NCBI GenBank assembly: GCA_017499595.2
Contig: CM039005.1
Coordinates: 3,038,001 to 3,102,000, forward strand
DNA: 64,000 nt
Source: Psilocybe cubensis
Lineage: Eukaryota
Direction: 5' to 3'
Shown here piece after piece: positions 63,588 through 64,000 of the stretch. The notes under the pieces were generated by a model, which was not told where the DNA came from, made no database searches, and was given only the letters and a program-made list of their open reading frames with translations. Position 1 is the stretch's first letter, and the number at the start of each line of letters is the position of its first letter. Both the position numbers and the translations under genes were made by a program.

Positions 63588-64000
63588 TATCATACCCCAA
63601 TCCTGATTGGAGATGAGATGTTCATTTTGGATCTACACACGACGCCCTCAACCCAAGCAGTCATTCTTTCCATAAGTCATCCACACATCTTATCTTATCA
63701 ACACTTGTCACATGGAAGCCAAGTTATTCCGGATCATGTCACTTCGTCAGATCATCAAGGCTATGCGACGGATCAGTCAACCATCAAACTGCATAGCTTT
63801 CTACACTGCCTTGCACAGCCGGACTGTCAACTCTATTTTTATCAATTCAATGGTCTTACTCAGCGTCAGGCTGCGGATTACTCATTCCAACTTATTTTTG
63901 GTTTGTCTTACTCATCCTTTTGTGTTTATTTATATCTTTTCTATTGTCTGTTGCGCTTTTATTGTCTTTGTCTTACCAATCTTCTATGCTTTCTGACTCA
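63588..64000 (+). mobile_element. Start of a second LTR of the same Ty3/gypsy family, opposite orientation
   Basis: TATCATACCCCAATCC... is the reverse complement of the end of 60588-62216; preceded by ACGT; runs off the window. Confidence 0.93.

Larger units (their letters stand above)
40604..64000. mobile_element. Large KDZ (Kyakuja-Dileera-Zisupton, CxC2-type) DNA transposon with TET/JBP and other cargo; right end beyond window
   Basis: Transposase + TET/JBP + HMG-like gene set, the arrangement described for basidiomycete KDZ elements. Left boundary inferred from truncation of the GCM ORF and a cluster of inverted repeats at 40628-40737. Confidence 0.75.

Overview
Intron-rich fungal DNA; the gene families and splice patterns fit an agaricomycete (mushroom-forming basidiomycete). 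The first ~38 kb is mostly host genes: the 3' part of a Skd3/CLPB-like AAA+ ATPase, four paralogous small secreted 4-Cys proteins resembling the plant antimicrobial MiAMP1, a membrane-anchored pepsin-like protease, an F-box gene disrupted by a 1.18-kb TIR element (6-bp TSD), a decayed convergent gene pair with three 43-bp palindromes, a Sel1-repeat Chs4/Skt5-like gene ending in CaaX, and two 7TM-like paralogues. The last ~26 kb is a nest of mobile elements: a foldback element, a truncated GCM-domain transposase gene, and a large KDZ (CxC2-type) DNA transposon. The KDZ element carries an apparently intact TET/JBP dioxygenase, a 4-exon basic helical protein, an RNase H1 N-terminal-domain protein and an HMG-like gene. 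It has been hit twice, in opposite orientations, by a young Ty3/gypsy retrotransposon with 1.63-kb TA...CA LTRs whose gag, pro and pol share one frame separated by single TGA codons. All assignments come from motif recognition by eye; no database searches were run.
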